Source: Desulfobacterales bacterium
Lineage (GTDB): Bacteria > Desulfobacterota > Desulfobacteria > Desulfobacterales > ETH-SRB1
NCBI GenBank assembly: GCA_030611985.1
Contig: JAUWOS010000001.1
Location: forward strand, 1-48,043
Reading direction: 5' to 3'
Length of the DNA stretch: 48,043 bases
Notes under the pieces: generated by a model
Databases searched by the model: none
Told to the model about the DNA's origin: nothing
Seen by the model: only the letters and a program-made list of their open reading frames with translations
Translations under genes and position numbers: made by a program
Part shown: positions 10,112 through 18,985 of the stretch, piece by piece
Layout of the letters: each line of letters starts with the position of its first letter
Position numbering within the stretch: the stretch's first letter is position 1

Positions 10112-10216
10112 ACCGTATTAAGCAGCCATTTTTTCCTGTACATTCATAAGGTTATATTCATCAGGAAAGAATATATAAAAAATGCCACAAATCAGACCAG
10201 AGAGACCGGATAGTTT

Positions 10217-10279
10217 AGGAATGTGGACGAAATAACTTCAACAAGCAGGCGCATAGATTCAGGTAGGATTTGCTTGACC
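10217..10279 (+). repeat. MITE-B solo terminus (beta type)
   Basis: AGGAATGTGGACGAAATAACTTCAACAAGCAGGCGCATAGATTCAGGTAGGATTTGCTTGACC. Confidence 0.75.
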
Positions 10280-10298
10280 TACCTGCAATGCCTGGCCG

Positions 10299-10769
10299 TT
10301 ATTCTACCACCCAGACTGTACAGTTGCGCGCATGGTTGACGATCTTGCTGGAAACACTGCCAAAGAGGAATTCCTCACTCCGCGAAAGTCCATGCCTTCC
10401 TACCACAATAGTTCCATATTCGGCCTCATCTCGTTCTGCAAGAATGCACTGTGCCATGGAAGGGCAATGGCGCAAGACTGAACTGGCTGATACATTATTT
10501 GAATCAAAGCCTTCCCTGATCAATATTTGACGGCACTCCTCCAACATTGTGTCGACTTTTTGTTTGTATCTGTCAAACCATTTCTCTTTTTCATCAGATG
10601 TTGCAAAATAGTCTTCCTCGGGTTGAGGAATTACGTGCAGTATTGCAACCTTAAAGCCTTTCGCATTTCCCAAAAGTTGAGCCACATAGGAAACAGCTCG
10701 ACAGGCATTTTCTGAGTCATCCACCGCAATCAGGATATTCTTGTTAACAATCTTCTTTTTATCATGCAT
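10299..10769 (-). CDS. universal stress protein family protein
   Basis: USP-like sequence (ILIAVDDSENA ... VVGRHGLSRSEEFLFGSVSSKIVNHA). Start trimmed to ATG 10769, which has GGAGG upstream. Confidence 0.8.
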   Translation of the reverse strand: MHDKKKIVNKNILIAVDDSENACRAVSYVAQLLGNAKGFKVAILHVIPQPEEDYFATSDEKEKWFDRYKQKVDTMLEECRQILIREGFDSNNVSASSVLRHCPSMAQCILAERDEAEYGTIVVGRHGLSRSEEFLFGSVSSKIVNHARNCTVWVVE

Positions 10770-10800
10770 AATTTTTGCCTCCTTGGAGGGAAGAATCCTG

Positions 10801-11766
10801 CTAAGCATTTTTGAATTTTTCCAGGTCTTCCAGCAATTGTGCTGTATTTTCATAAAACCAGTTGGCGCCTTTTGAAAAATGCATAAGCACATAGTTAAGG
10901 GATTCAGGTATGTAAGGATAAATTTTTTTCAGATTGGCCACCCGATTGTTAAAAACGATATTTACATCCTCTTTTTTAAGTTTGCTCAGACCGGGATGGT
11001 TTTGTTTCTCAAGATCCTGCAACAGCACATCTCCCATGCCTGTCAAAAATACTAAAATGTTGCCCAGCCCAAAGAGATCGTAGCCGTATATATTTTCTCT
11101 GTGGCGATAATTATAGTCAAAATCAATCCAGCGATACTGCCCGCTTTCCCTGTCCATTAGAATATGATCGCGTCGTATATCTCCGTGCTTTTCTCCATGT
11201 TCATGCAAAAATCCAATAGCCTGAATGCATTCCATAAATTGATCCAGAATTTCTGGAAATTGATTGTAAAAATATGTCTCATGATCCAGGTTTATATTTT
11301 TTATATAGCTATGAACAGATTTTCCATATATAAAATCAAGTACGCGGACAAGGTTGCCGCTGTCATCTTCGATCGAATATCCGTGCATGAAGTTTTTGTG
11401 TTCGCTTGCAAGATCCAGAATCCTGGCCTCTTTTTTTGGACTTCGAAAACATTCATACTTGATTCCACCGATGCTGGACATAAACTTTTCATGAAAAACC
11501 AGCTTGATAATCTTTTTGCTTCCATTCTTCAAGTCGGTGGCACGTTTCACCCAAAACTTGACTTCATCTTCAAGACCAAATCGCCCTTCTTTGGCATCAT
11601 GATGAATAAGATAGGGTTTTTCGCCAAGCACAACTATGTCCCCATATTCCACACGAAAAAAATCCGTAGTATCAGTATGAATTCGAAAAGGACGTGAAGA
11701 CCGTCTGATAGGAAGGTGGCGGGAAACCATTTTGCGCAGGTCTTCTTGAGATAGTGATTTTGTCAT
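10801..11766 (-). CDS. protein-kinase-like / APH-fold protein
   Basis: Catalytic-loop-like HGDIRRDHILMD followed by IDFDY (DFG-like). 321 aa. Specific function unknown. Confidence 0.55.
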   Translation of the reverse strand: MTKSLSQEDLRKMVSRHLPIRRSSRPFRIHTDTTDFFRVEYGDIVVLGEKPYLIHHDAKEGRFGLEDEVKFWVKRATDLKNGSKKIIKLVFHEKFMSSIGGIKYECFRSPKKEARILDLASEHKNFMHGYSIEDDSGNLVRVLDFIYGKSVHSYIKNINLDHETYFYNQFPEILDQFMECIQAIGFLHEHGEKHGDIRRDHILMDRESGQYRWIDFDYNYRHRENIYGYDLFGLGNILVFLTGMGDVLLQDLEKQNHPGLSKLKKEDVNIVFNNRVANLKKIYPYIPESLNYVLMHFSKGANWFYENTAQLLEDLEKFKNA

Positions 11767-11932
11767 AATGGCTTATCCTTAGATAGTTTAAGGGACTCGG
11801 AAAAATATCGAACTACCTTTCAGCAACATTTTAGCTATTTGAACTGCAAAAGCAAGTATATTCTTCGGATCTCTCAATTCCTTCCATTACCAAATTACAC
11901 GAAATGATGGAACAACTTGTTTGGTAGTCATT

Positions 11933-11945
11933 AGGAACGTGGATA
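11933..11945 (+). repeat. MITE-B terminus stub
   Basis: AGGAACGTGGATA, only the first 11-13 nt of the inverted repeat. Confidence 0.4.
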
Positions 11946-12020
11946 TTTATAGTTCTTGGTCAAGCCCAATCTACTTCATTTCAATTTGTGTAATTGGATT
12001 CCATGCTAAACGACCTTCAA

Positions 12021-12980
12021 TCAATTGTTTTGTTCCCCGACTGTTCCCAGCATCATCATGCCTGTGTTGATCCCGATCCCAATTTGAATGGGAATCCATC
12101 CTCTCTGTTTCCGTTCTTCATTGTACTTTTCCAGGAGTTGCAACATAGCGATAGCAGCCTGGACGGAATGGTCGGCTTCTTTATCAAAAAGCGCCATGAT
12201 GGCATCGCCCATATATTTGTCGATAAATCCTTGATGATAATGTACCAGAGGACCCATTTTGCTCAAATAGGAGTTAATAAAACGGAAGTTGTCTTCAGGT
12301 GTCATCTGTTCGGAAAGGGTGGTGAAAGAACGGATGTCTGAGAAGAGAATGGACATTTCACGTTGTATTTGATCCCCTAACGCTATATCAAGAATGCTTT
12401 TTTTATCCAATAAATTTAAAAGCTCAGGAGGAACAAAACGCTGATAGGCTGCTGTAAGCTGCTGCTGCTGTTTTAAAGCTAGTTGTTGTGCCTGATATTT
12501 TTCCTTTTTTAAAGTATTGAATCGATCTGCCAATCCTAGTGAAAACAATACAACTTCCATTACTGAACCGATTCTCCACATCCAAATGATTAAAAAAATA
12601 TTAGGCAACAGACCTATTTGTTTCAACATGAATATAAATAATCCGGTCAACCAGATAAACCATGCAATTAAATAGTAGTATGCAGGACGATAACCTTGCC
12701 TGAGACAAACAAAACCGCATGTAATAACTATGGGAATTTCAATGATTCCCATTACTATCACTCCTGTAAAACCAATGGTATACATTCCAGTTAGAGAGAA
12801 CAGCATTCCCGATAGACCCATAAAGAGCATAAAAATGAGTATCTTATCTAATCGTGGAATAGTTGTGTATGAGTTCAAGTATGATCGTGAAAACTGAGTA
12901 ATCCACACTCCTCCAATAGCAAGTCTATTTGACAAAGCTCCAAACCATTTTTGGCCGATCTTAAATTGAAAAACACTCAA
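12021..12980 (-). pseudogene. remnant of a 7TM-receptor (7TMR-DISM-like) class III adenylate/guanylate cyclase, truncated at both ends
   Basis: 4-5 TM helices followed by a cyclase core (ILFSDIRSFTTLSE...KYMGDAIMALF...GINTGMMMLGTVGEQNN) that stops before the second catalytic half. Both ends abut repeat fragments. Confidence 0.6.
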
Positions 12981-13091
12981 AATAGCTTGCTATTACTTGG
13001 GCTTTGCTTTAACATATCAAGATCAAATAGATAGGCGGGAGACAACGGTCTCTAAACTGAAATGAATCATAAAACTAACTGACGGAGTCCT

Positions 13092-13982
13092 ATGCTTATC
13101 AAAAACATCCTGAGCAAAACGAAGATATCTTTTAGTTTCGAGTTTTTTCCTCCAAAAACAGACGTCGGCTGGAAAAAACTCTTTCTTGCTATTTCAGATT
13201 TGATGCCGCTTAAACCATCCTATGTAAGCGCTACTTATGGCGCAGGAGGAACTACTCGCGATCGAACGCACAATCTTGTTTTTCAGGTCAGGAAAGAAAC
13301 AGATCTGACCGTTGTGCCTCATTTGACATGTGTTAATTCTACCAGAGATGAAATCAAGTCAATTCTTAAAAAATATACCGAAAACTGCATTGAAAATATT
13401 CTTGCATTGCGCGGTGATCCACCAAAAGACCAAACAGAATACGCCTGGGCTGAAAATGATTTTGCGCATGCCGCAGAGCTGGTATCGCTTATTAAAAAAC
13501 ATTTTCCGCACATAAGCATTGGCGTTGCAGGTTTTCCTGAAGGCCATCCTGAAACCTCAAACAGACTCAAGGAAATCGAATACCTTAAAGCAAAAGTTGA
13601 TGCCGGGGCCGATTATATAGTTACCCAACTCTTTTTTGATAATCGAGACTTCTATGATTTTTGCGAACGATGTGAATTAGCCGGAATCCATGTTCCAATT
13701 CTTGCGGGAATCATGCCGATTACTACCCGCAACGGAATGATTCGCATGGCGGAACTGGCTGCAGGTGCCCGTCTGCCCGCCAGTCTTTTAAAATTGATTG
13801 GCCGGGCTGAAAGTGACGAATATGTAGAAAAAGCAGGTATTCACTGGGCAGCAGGACAAGTGCGTGATCTTATTGATAATAATGTTCGAGGAATTCACTT
13901 TTACACTCTTAACAATTCTCGAGCAACTTTGAAAATTTACGAATCTCTCGGTGTTACAGACTCAGTACAATTATCGGCTTAA
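13092..13982 (+). CDS. metF: 5,10-methylenetetrahydrofolate reductase
   Basis: 296 aa with a MetF-like sequence (SFEFFPPKT, ATYGAGG, ALRGDPP). Confidence 0.9.
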   Translation: MLIKNILSKTKISFSFEFFPPKTDVGWKKLFLAISDLMPLKPSYVSATYGAGGTTRDRTHNLVFQVRKETDLTVVPHLTCVNSTRDEIKSILKKYTENCIENILALRGDPPKDQTEYAWAENDFAHAAELVSLIKKHFPHISIGVAGFPEGHPETSNRLKEIEYLKAKVDAGADYIVTQLFFDNRDFYDFCERCELAGIHVPILAGIMPITTRNGMIRMAELAAGARLPASLLKLIGRAESDEYVEKAGIHWAAGQVRDLIDNNVRGIHFYTLNNSRATLKIYESLGVTDSVQLSA

Positions 13983-13990
13983 TACCTGCA

Positions 13991-14845
13991 TTACATGCGG
14001 TCGCCGCTCCATCGTAATTTGGTTTTCAGAACATCAAAATAATTCTGGTCCGGCATAGTTATCATATTAACGAAATATCGCCCTTTCCTGATAATGATTG
14101 TATCTCTTTCGCTTATTTCAAGACCTGTTTGACCGTCAAAAGTCAGCATGATGTCTGAAGACTCTTTCGTAAGCCTGATTTTTATTAATGCAGAGTCAGG
14201 AAGGATTAGCGGGCGGTTTGCAAGGGTAAAAGGACAAATGGGGGTCATTATAATAGCCGGTACGGCAGGATGGATAATCGGACCGCCGGCGGAAAGCGAA
14301 TAAGCTGTTGAACCGGTTGGGGTTGAGATAATAAGACCGTCAGCCCTGTATGTAGTCAGGTAGCGATCGTTTATATATGTTTCTACATGCGCAAGCCTTG
14401 CAAGAGTACGTTTGTTTATTACTACATCGTTCAGTACCGTTTCACGAACGAGTTCTTTTTTATCCCGAATCACTTTGACCTGAAGGCGCATCCTGGGTTC
14501 TGTAATAAACTTGTTATTCAAAACGGTTTCGGCAGTAGAAAAGAGGCTTTCTTCTGATACTTCAGCCAGAAAACCGACTTCGCCAAATTTGGCTCCAAGA
14601 ATCGGGATATTTTGGTCGCCTATCCAGCGAACAGCGTTTAAAAAAGTTCCGTCTCCTCCTAATACAAAAATGCAATACAGGTCCGAAGGCGCGCAGGTTT
14701 TCCTTTTTCCGGAATGCATGCGACCGGGAAACGAGCTTTCTTTTCTTACAACGTTTATATCTTTCGACTGCAGCCACTTTTCAAATTCATCAGCCCTTAC
14801 GGTTGTCTTTTTATCCGGTTTTACTACCAATCCTATTTTTTTCAA
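13991..14845 (-). CDS. nadK: NAD(+) kinase
   Basis: GGDGT motif (VLGGDGTFL) and NAD kinase C-terminal region. Start proposed at TTG 14845 (AAGGAG upstream) because the longer ORF translates a MITE-B terminus. Confidence 0.85.
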   Translation of the reverse strand: MKKIGLVVKPDKKTTVRADEFEKWLQSKDINVVRKESSFPGRMHSGKRKTCAPSDLYCIFVLGGDGTFLNAVRWIGDQNIPILGAKFGEVGFLAEVSEESLFSTAETVLNNKFITEPRMRLQVKVIRDKKELVRETVLNDVVINKRTLARLAHVETYINDRYLTTYRADGLIISTPTGSTAYSLSAGGPIIHPAVPAIIMTPICPFTLANRPLILPDSALIKIRLTKESSDIMLTFDGQTGLEISERDTIIIRKGRYFVNMITMPDQNYFDVLKTKLRWSGDRM

Positions 14846-14864
14846 AATATAGATTAACTCCTTA

Positions 14865-14884
14865 AGGAATGTGGATGAAAAAAC
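14865..14884 (+). repeat. degenerate MITE-B terminus
   Basis: AGGAATGTGGATGAAAAAAC. Confidence 0.5.
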
Positions 14885-15159
14885 GATTTTACAAATCGAC
14901 AATCATCAGTCATCAGTTAAAACAAGCCTGCTTTTTGAGAAGTTACAAAACATTCTCTTAGCATTCATAGTTATATATGATATTTAGTTCAAGAAAATTT
15001 TTTAAATTGTTTAAAAAACATACAGACTTTCGGCATCCTTCATTTTCCGGTTTACACTTTTGAACAATCTTGCGCAAAGGCGCCAAGGCGCAAAAAAAAG
15101 CGTAAACTGCTCAGGCTATTAATTTCATGGTTCAAAATCTTCAATTTTTAAGGAGGTTT

Positions 15160-16077
15160 ATGTTTGTGAAAATAAAAATGTTTTTTCGCTCCATTTTTAT
15201 ATTACTTCTTTTTTTGACTATCCAGCTACATACATCTACATGCCTGGGAGAAAAGATTCCTGTGGTCGCCAGCATATTTCCGATTACCGATATGGTAAGA
15301 CAGATTGGAGGTAAATATGTTGATGTCGTCACAGTCATTCCAACAGGCGCAGGCCCACATACATTTGAGCCTAAGCCCAGTCTGATAAAAAAAATTTCCC
15401 GGGCACGGATTTTCTTTATGGTAGGAACCGGTCTGGAATTCTGGGCAGAAAAATTTATTAAACTGTCAGAAAATCATTTAACCGCAGTTGTATTATCGGA
15501 AGGCGTTTCTCTCATATATAATACAGCAGAACATCATCGTGGTGACTCAGATCATCATTATGATCATGCCAATCCTCATATATGGCTTGATCCTGAAATT
15601 GCAAGATCAATGATCGATAAAATTACAATTGGTCTTTGCAAAATTGATGATAAACATTCAGAATATTATAAACAAAGAAGTAGAGCGTATTTAGATGACT
15701 TATATGAGTTGCATCTTCTTATAAGCAGAACGGTTGAAAAATTCAGAATCAGAAAATATGTTGCATTGCACCCTGCATGGGATTATTTTGCCAGACGCTA
15801 TGGTCTTGAGTGTGCAGGCGTCATAGAAACTGCTCCCGGTAGAAACCCGACGCCAAAACAGATCAAGAAAATTGTCTCAAATATAAAGAAGCACAAAATT
15901 CGTGCAGTATTTGCCGAGCCCCAGCTCAATCCAAAAGTTGCGGAAGTGATTGCCAGAGAGGCGAAGATTAAAGTCCTTCTGCTTGATCCAATAGGAGGGC
16001 CGAAGATTAAAGGACGCGACACTTATATTGATCTCATGAAGTATAATCTGAATATCTTGCAGGGAGCCATGCTTTGA
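15160..16077 (+). CDS. znuA: zinc/metal ABC transporter substrate-binding protein
   Basis: Signal peptide, cluster-9 SBP-like sequence, His-rich loop AEHHRGDSDHHYDH. AAGGAGG lies before ATG 15160. Confidence 0.8.
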   Translation: MFVKIKMFFRSIFILLLFLTIQLHTSTCLGEKIPVVASIFPITDMVRQIGGKYVDVVTVIPTGAGPHTFEPKPSLIKKISRARIFFMVGTGLEFWAEKFIKLSENHLTAVVLSEGVSLIYNTAEHHRGDSDHHYDHANPHIWLDPEIARSMIDKITIGLCKIDDKHSEYYKQRSRAYLDDLYELHLLISRTVEKFRIRKYVALHPAWDYFARRYGLECAGVIETAPGRNPTPKQIKKIVSNIKKHKIRAVFAEPQLNPKVAEVIAREAKIKVLLLDPIGGPKIKGRDTYIDLMKYNLNILQGAML

Positions 16078-16088
16078 AAGATCGGGCA

Positions 16089-16886
16089 ATGAATATCGGA
16101 GAGAAAAAGGACGTTTTTGCAGAACTTCATGATGTCTGGGTCAGGTATAATGTGAAATGGATTCTGAAATCAATATACTTGAAATGTTATGAAGGTGAAA
16201 TTCTTGGTATTGTCGGTCCGAATGGGGGTGGAAAATCGACTCTGCTTAAGGTTATTTTAGGTCTTGTGCGTCCTGAAAAGGGTAGCGTGCAATTATTCGG
16301 ACGCATGCCGGACAAGCGCGGCGGATTAGAGGTCGGATACCTTCCTCAGATTTCTCATGCTGATCGATCATTTCCTGTAACCGTACTTGATGTTGTTCTT
16401 ATGGGACTTTATGGCAGAACAGGCTTTTTTAAAAGGCCGGGGCGCAGCGCTAAAGAGATTGCAATGAACATGCTTTCCAGGATAAACATGGCTGACCATG
16501 CAAAAGAGTCCTTTGGAACTCTGTCCGGCGGGCAGCAGCAAAGGGTTAATGTTGCACGAGCATTAGTATCAAAGCCAAAACTTTTAGTCCTGGATGAACC
16601 TTCAACCGGAATAGACACTGTCGCTCAGGAAGAGTTTTATGAATTACTGGCAGAATTTCGTGATGAGCTGGGTATATCAGTGATCATGGTGTCACATGAT
16701 ATAGGGGTTATTACAGCACATGCGGACAGCGTTGCATGTCTGAATACACAACTGCACTATCATGGTGAACCTGATTTATGTTTTAAACCGGAAGTAATGG
16801 AAAAAATTTATGGAAAGAATTTGAAAGTTATGATTCACGATTCAAGGTGTGTGACCTGTTACAAGAGACATGAAGACCATGATTGA
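16089..16886 (+). CDS. znuC: zinc/metal ABC transporter ATP-binding protein
   Basis: Walker A GPNGGGKST, signature LSGGQQQR, Walker B LLVLDEP. The start could also be TTG 16074. Confidence 0.8.
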   Translation: MNIGEKKDVFAELHDVWVRYNVKWILKSIYLKCYEGEILGIVGPNGGGKSTLLKVILGLVRPEKGSVQLFGRMPDKRGGLEVGYLPQISHADRSFPVTVLDVVLMGLYGRTGFFKRPGRSAKEIAMNMLSRINMADHAKESFGTLSGGQQQRVNVARALVSKPKLLVLDEPSTGIDTVAQEEFYELLAEFRDELGISVIMVSHDIGVITAHADSVACLNTQLHYHGEPDLCFKPEVMEKIYGKNLKVMIHDSRCVTCYKRHEDHD

Positions 16887-17694
16887 AATACTTAATCTTG
16901 AATTTATGCGAAACGCATTTATGGCTGGAATAATGCTCAGTCCTGTGCTTGCTGTGGTTTCATTTTTTGTTGTGCTTCGCCGCTTCTCATTTATTGGTGT
17001 TGGTGTGGCGCACTCGGCATTCGGAGGTGTAGCTTTAGGATCACTTCTCGGCATATCTCCGACGCTCACAGCGTTGGGCTTTTCAGTGGCTGTTGCCAAT
17101 GGCATAAGTTATATAGGAAGACAAGGAAAATTGAGTACAGATACAGCCATCGGAATCTTTTTTGCTCTCGCAATGGCTCTTGGTGTCATTTTTATCGGAA
17201 TGTCAGATCAGTACAACGTGGATCTTTTCGGGTATCTTTTCGGTAATATTCTTGCAATTACCAATCAGGATTTGATTACTATCGCCGTATTGGGAGGCAT
17301 GGTTCTTGTTTCTATTTTTTTATTTTTCAAGGAATTGCTTTTTGTTGCGTTTGACAGTGAGGTTGCATCTGTAAGCGGAATGCCTGTGGCTTTTCTTGAT
17401 CATTTTTTCATGACACTTCTTGCCCTGTCTGTAGTGATCAGTATAAAGATTGTCGGTATAGTCCTTGTGTCATCTCTTCTGGTTATCCCCGGAGCAACAG
17501 CTTTTCAGATAACTAATCGTTATATTTCAATGATTGTAGTTTCTATTGCAGTATCCCTGGCAGCAACCATCGGAGGTTTGTTGATCTCATATTATGCAGA
17601 CCTGGCATCAGGCGCAACCATTGTTATACTGGCATCTATTATTTTTTTTATAGCATTTACAGTCGGCCGATTTCGCAAAGGTCGGAAAATTTAA
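16870..17694 (+). CDS. znuB: zinc/metal ABC transporter permease
   Basis: 274 aa, polytopic ABC-3 type permease, overlapping the znuC end. Confidence 0.8.
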   Translation: MKTMIEILNLEFMRNAFMAGIMLSPVLAVVSFFVVLRRFSFIGVGVAHSAFGGVALGSLLGISPTLTALGFSVAVANGISYIGRQGKLSTDTAIGIFFALAMALGVIFIGMSDQYNVDLFGYLFGNILAITNQDLITIAVLGGMVLVSIFLFFKELLFVAFDSEVASVSGMPVAFLDHFFMTLLALSVVISIKIVGIVLVSSLLVIPGATAFQITNRYISMIVVSIAVSLAATIGGLLISYYADLASGATIVILASIIFFIAFTVGRFRKGRKI

Positions 17695-17850
17695 GGCAGG
17701 GAACGTATTGAAATAAAAGTAGTTGACACTTTTATTGGAAATTGTAAGGAACATGGTATGAGTATGGTGGAATTATCAAAACGTTTAAAAATATCCCAGC
17801 CCACAGTAAGCCAATCAGCAAACCGTGGTAAAAAGATTGCAAAGGAAAAT
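17695..17850 (+). pseudogene. 3'-terminal remnant of an IS200-like (COG1943, Y1) transposase-family gene: the HTH tail only
   Basis: The in-frame stretch FIGNCKEHGMSMVELSKRLKISQPTVSQSANRGKKIAKEN resembles, from memory, the C-terminal HTH of Y1 transposase paralogs common in Desulfobacterota. No catalytic part is present. Confidence 0.45.
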
Positions 17851-17975
17851 AGACATCCTTCATTTTGTAGTTTACACTTTTCGGAAAAGAGCAAACTCTC
17901 AATAATTTTCTGAGCCCTCTGAAACGCCTTATTTTCAGGCATTCTACATGGCATGAAAAAAATTAAGCTTTTTTT

Positions 17976-18009
17976 GCAAAAACCCCAAAAGTGTAAACTA
18001 CTTTTGGGG
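17976..18009 (-). terminator. intrinsic terminator downstream of cobO
   Basis: The minus strand reads CCCCAAAAGT-AGTTTAC-ACTTTTGGGG (perfect 10-bp stem) followed by TTTTTGC. It lies 25 nt after the cobO stop. Confidence 0.7.
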
Positions 18010-18034
18010 TGTTATGAAAGATGCCGACATTTGA

Positions 18035-18559
18035 CTACTTTTCGATTCCAGCTCTTGCCTGCACTCCTTTCCGGAAATAATGTTTTACTTCCTTCATTTC
18101 TGTAACCAGATCTGCTTTGTCAATAATTCCTGGGTCTGCATAACGTCCTGTTATGACGAGTTCTACGTTTTTTGGTTTTGCGGCAATTATATCAAGAATG
18201 TCTTGCGCTGAAAAAAGCTTTAGCTCTACAGCAACATTTGCTTCTTCCAGTATGACGACATTATATCTATCTGAAGAAAATATGGATATCACCCTTTCAA
18301 GTCCTCTTTTGGCGACTTCAATATCAGCCGGCGCCGGCCTGCCTTTTATAAAGTGACCAGTTCCAAACTGTTCTACGACGATAAGATTGGAAAATCTTTT
18401 TAGCGCTTTTATTTCATTGTAATCTCCCATTTTGATGAACTGGGCTATAAAAACCCTCAGTCCGGCACCGGCAGCTCTTATTGCCAGACCCAAAGCGGCT
18501 GTAGTCTTTCCCTTCCCATTGCCTGTATAAACCTGTACATATCCCTTCACAATCTGCAA
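18035..18559 (-). CDS. cobO: cob(I)yrinic acid a,c-diamide adenosyltransferase
   Basis: P-loop TGNGKGKTTAALG and CobA/CobO/BtuR length (174 aa). Confidence 0.85.
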   Translation of the reverse strand: MQIVKGYVQVYTGNGKGKTTAALGLAIRAAGAGLRVFIAQFIKMGDYNEIKALKRFSNLIVVEQFGTGHFIKGRPAPADIEVAKRGLERVISIFSSDRYNVVILEEANVAVELKLFSAQDILDIIAAKPKNVELVITGRYADPGIIDKADLVTEMKEVKHYFRKGVQARAGIEK

Positions 18560-18601
18560 CCTTTGAAAAATGCTCCATTTTGCCCAATTTTTTGCGTTTC
18601 C

Positions 18602-18871
18602 TCAAGGATGGTTTCGTATTTCCAGAACCTTGCCCAATGCCAGGGCATAAACAGGTTTACCTTCCAGAACAGTCTTGTGCCAACCCTTGTACTCTACCCG
18701 CATAAATGGCGCCTCTTTTCGATACCCGTTACAAAAATGGATTTCCGTATGTTTATGACCTTCAATCCGTCTTTGCCAGTAAAGGGTTCGATCTCGATAT
18801 TCCTTCAGCTTTTCTCCTGAAGCGATAGCGTCAAACCATTTCCTGTGCAATATCAGATATAAAGCCTTCAT
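18602..18871 (-). CDS. ASCH (PUA-like) domain protein
   Basis: MKALYLILHRKWFDAIASGEKLKEYR... is typical of an ASCH N-terminus. An alternative start is ATG 18892. The longer ORF translates a MITE-B terminus. Confidence 0.6.
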   Translation of the reverse strand: MKALYLILHRKWFDAIASGEKLKEYRDRTLYWQRRIEGHKHTEIHFCNGYRKEAPFMRVEYKGWHKTVLEGKPVYALALGKVLEIRNHP

Positions 18872-18911
18872 AATCACAGCATTCCTATCCATACGCCTGC
18901 CCGGTAAAGTT

Positions 18912-18935
18912 AGGAACGTGGACGAAATAGCTTCC
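18912..18935 (+). repeat. MITE-B solo terminus
   Basis: AGGAACGTGGACGAAATAGCTTCC. Confidence 0.75.
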
Positions 18936-18985
18936 CTGTTCTTAAGGATGCAGATACACATTCCCTGAGCAAAAAAATATCCAAT

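Noticed and set aside
10259-10286. The hairpin CAGGTAGG-N10-CCTACCTG between miaA and the USP gene, as a bidirectional terminator.
   Set aside because: There is no T-tract on either strand, and half of the stem belongs to the MITE-B beta-arm fragment.
12996-13091. A SAM or THF riboswitch upstream of metF.
   Set aside because: I could not find any of the conserved cores I know for SAM-I/II or THF. The segment looks like a decayed MITE-B half plus a small GAGAC/GTCTC hairpin.
14965-14980. A Zur/Fur-type box (TCATAGTTATATATGA) in the nadK-znuA divergent region.
   Set aside because: Only 12 of 16 positions are palindromic, the background is very AT-rich, and the site lies about 180 nt from the znuA start. 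I cannot distinguish it from chance without a genome-specific motif model.
17691-17954. The 87-aa minus-strand ORF between znuB and cobO.
   Set aside because: It lies antisense to the transposase-HTH remnant and spans repeat and terminator sequence. It has no motifs and no RBS.
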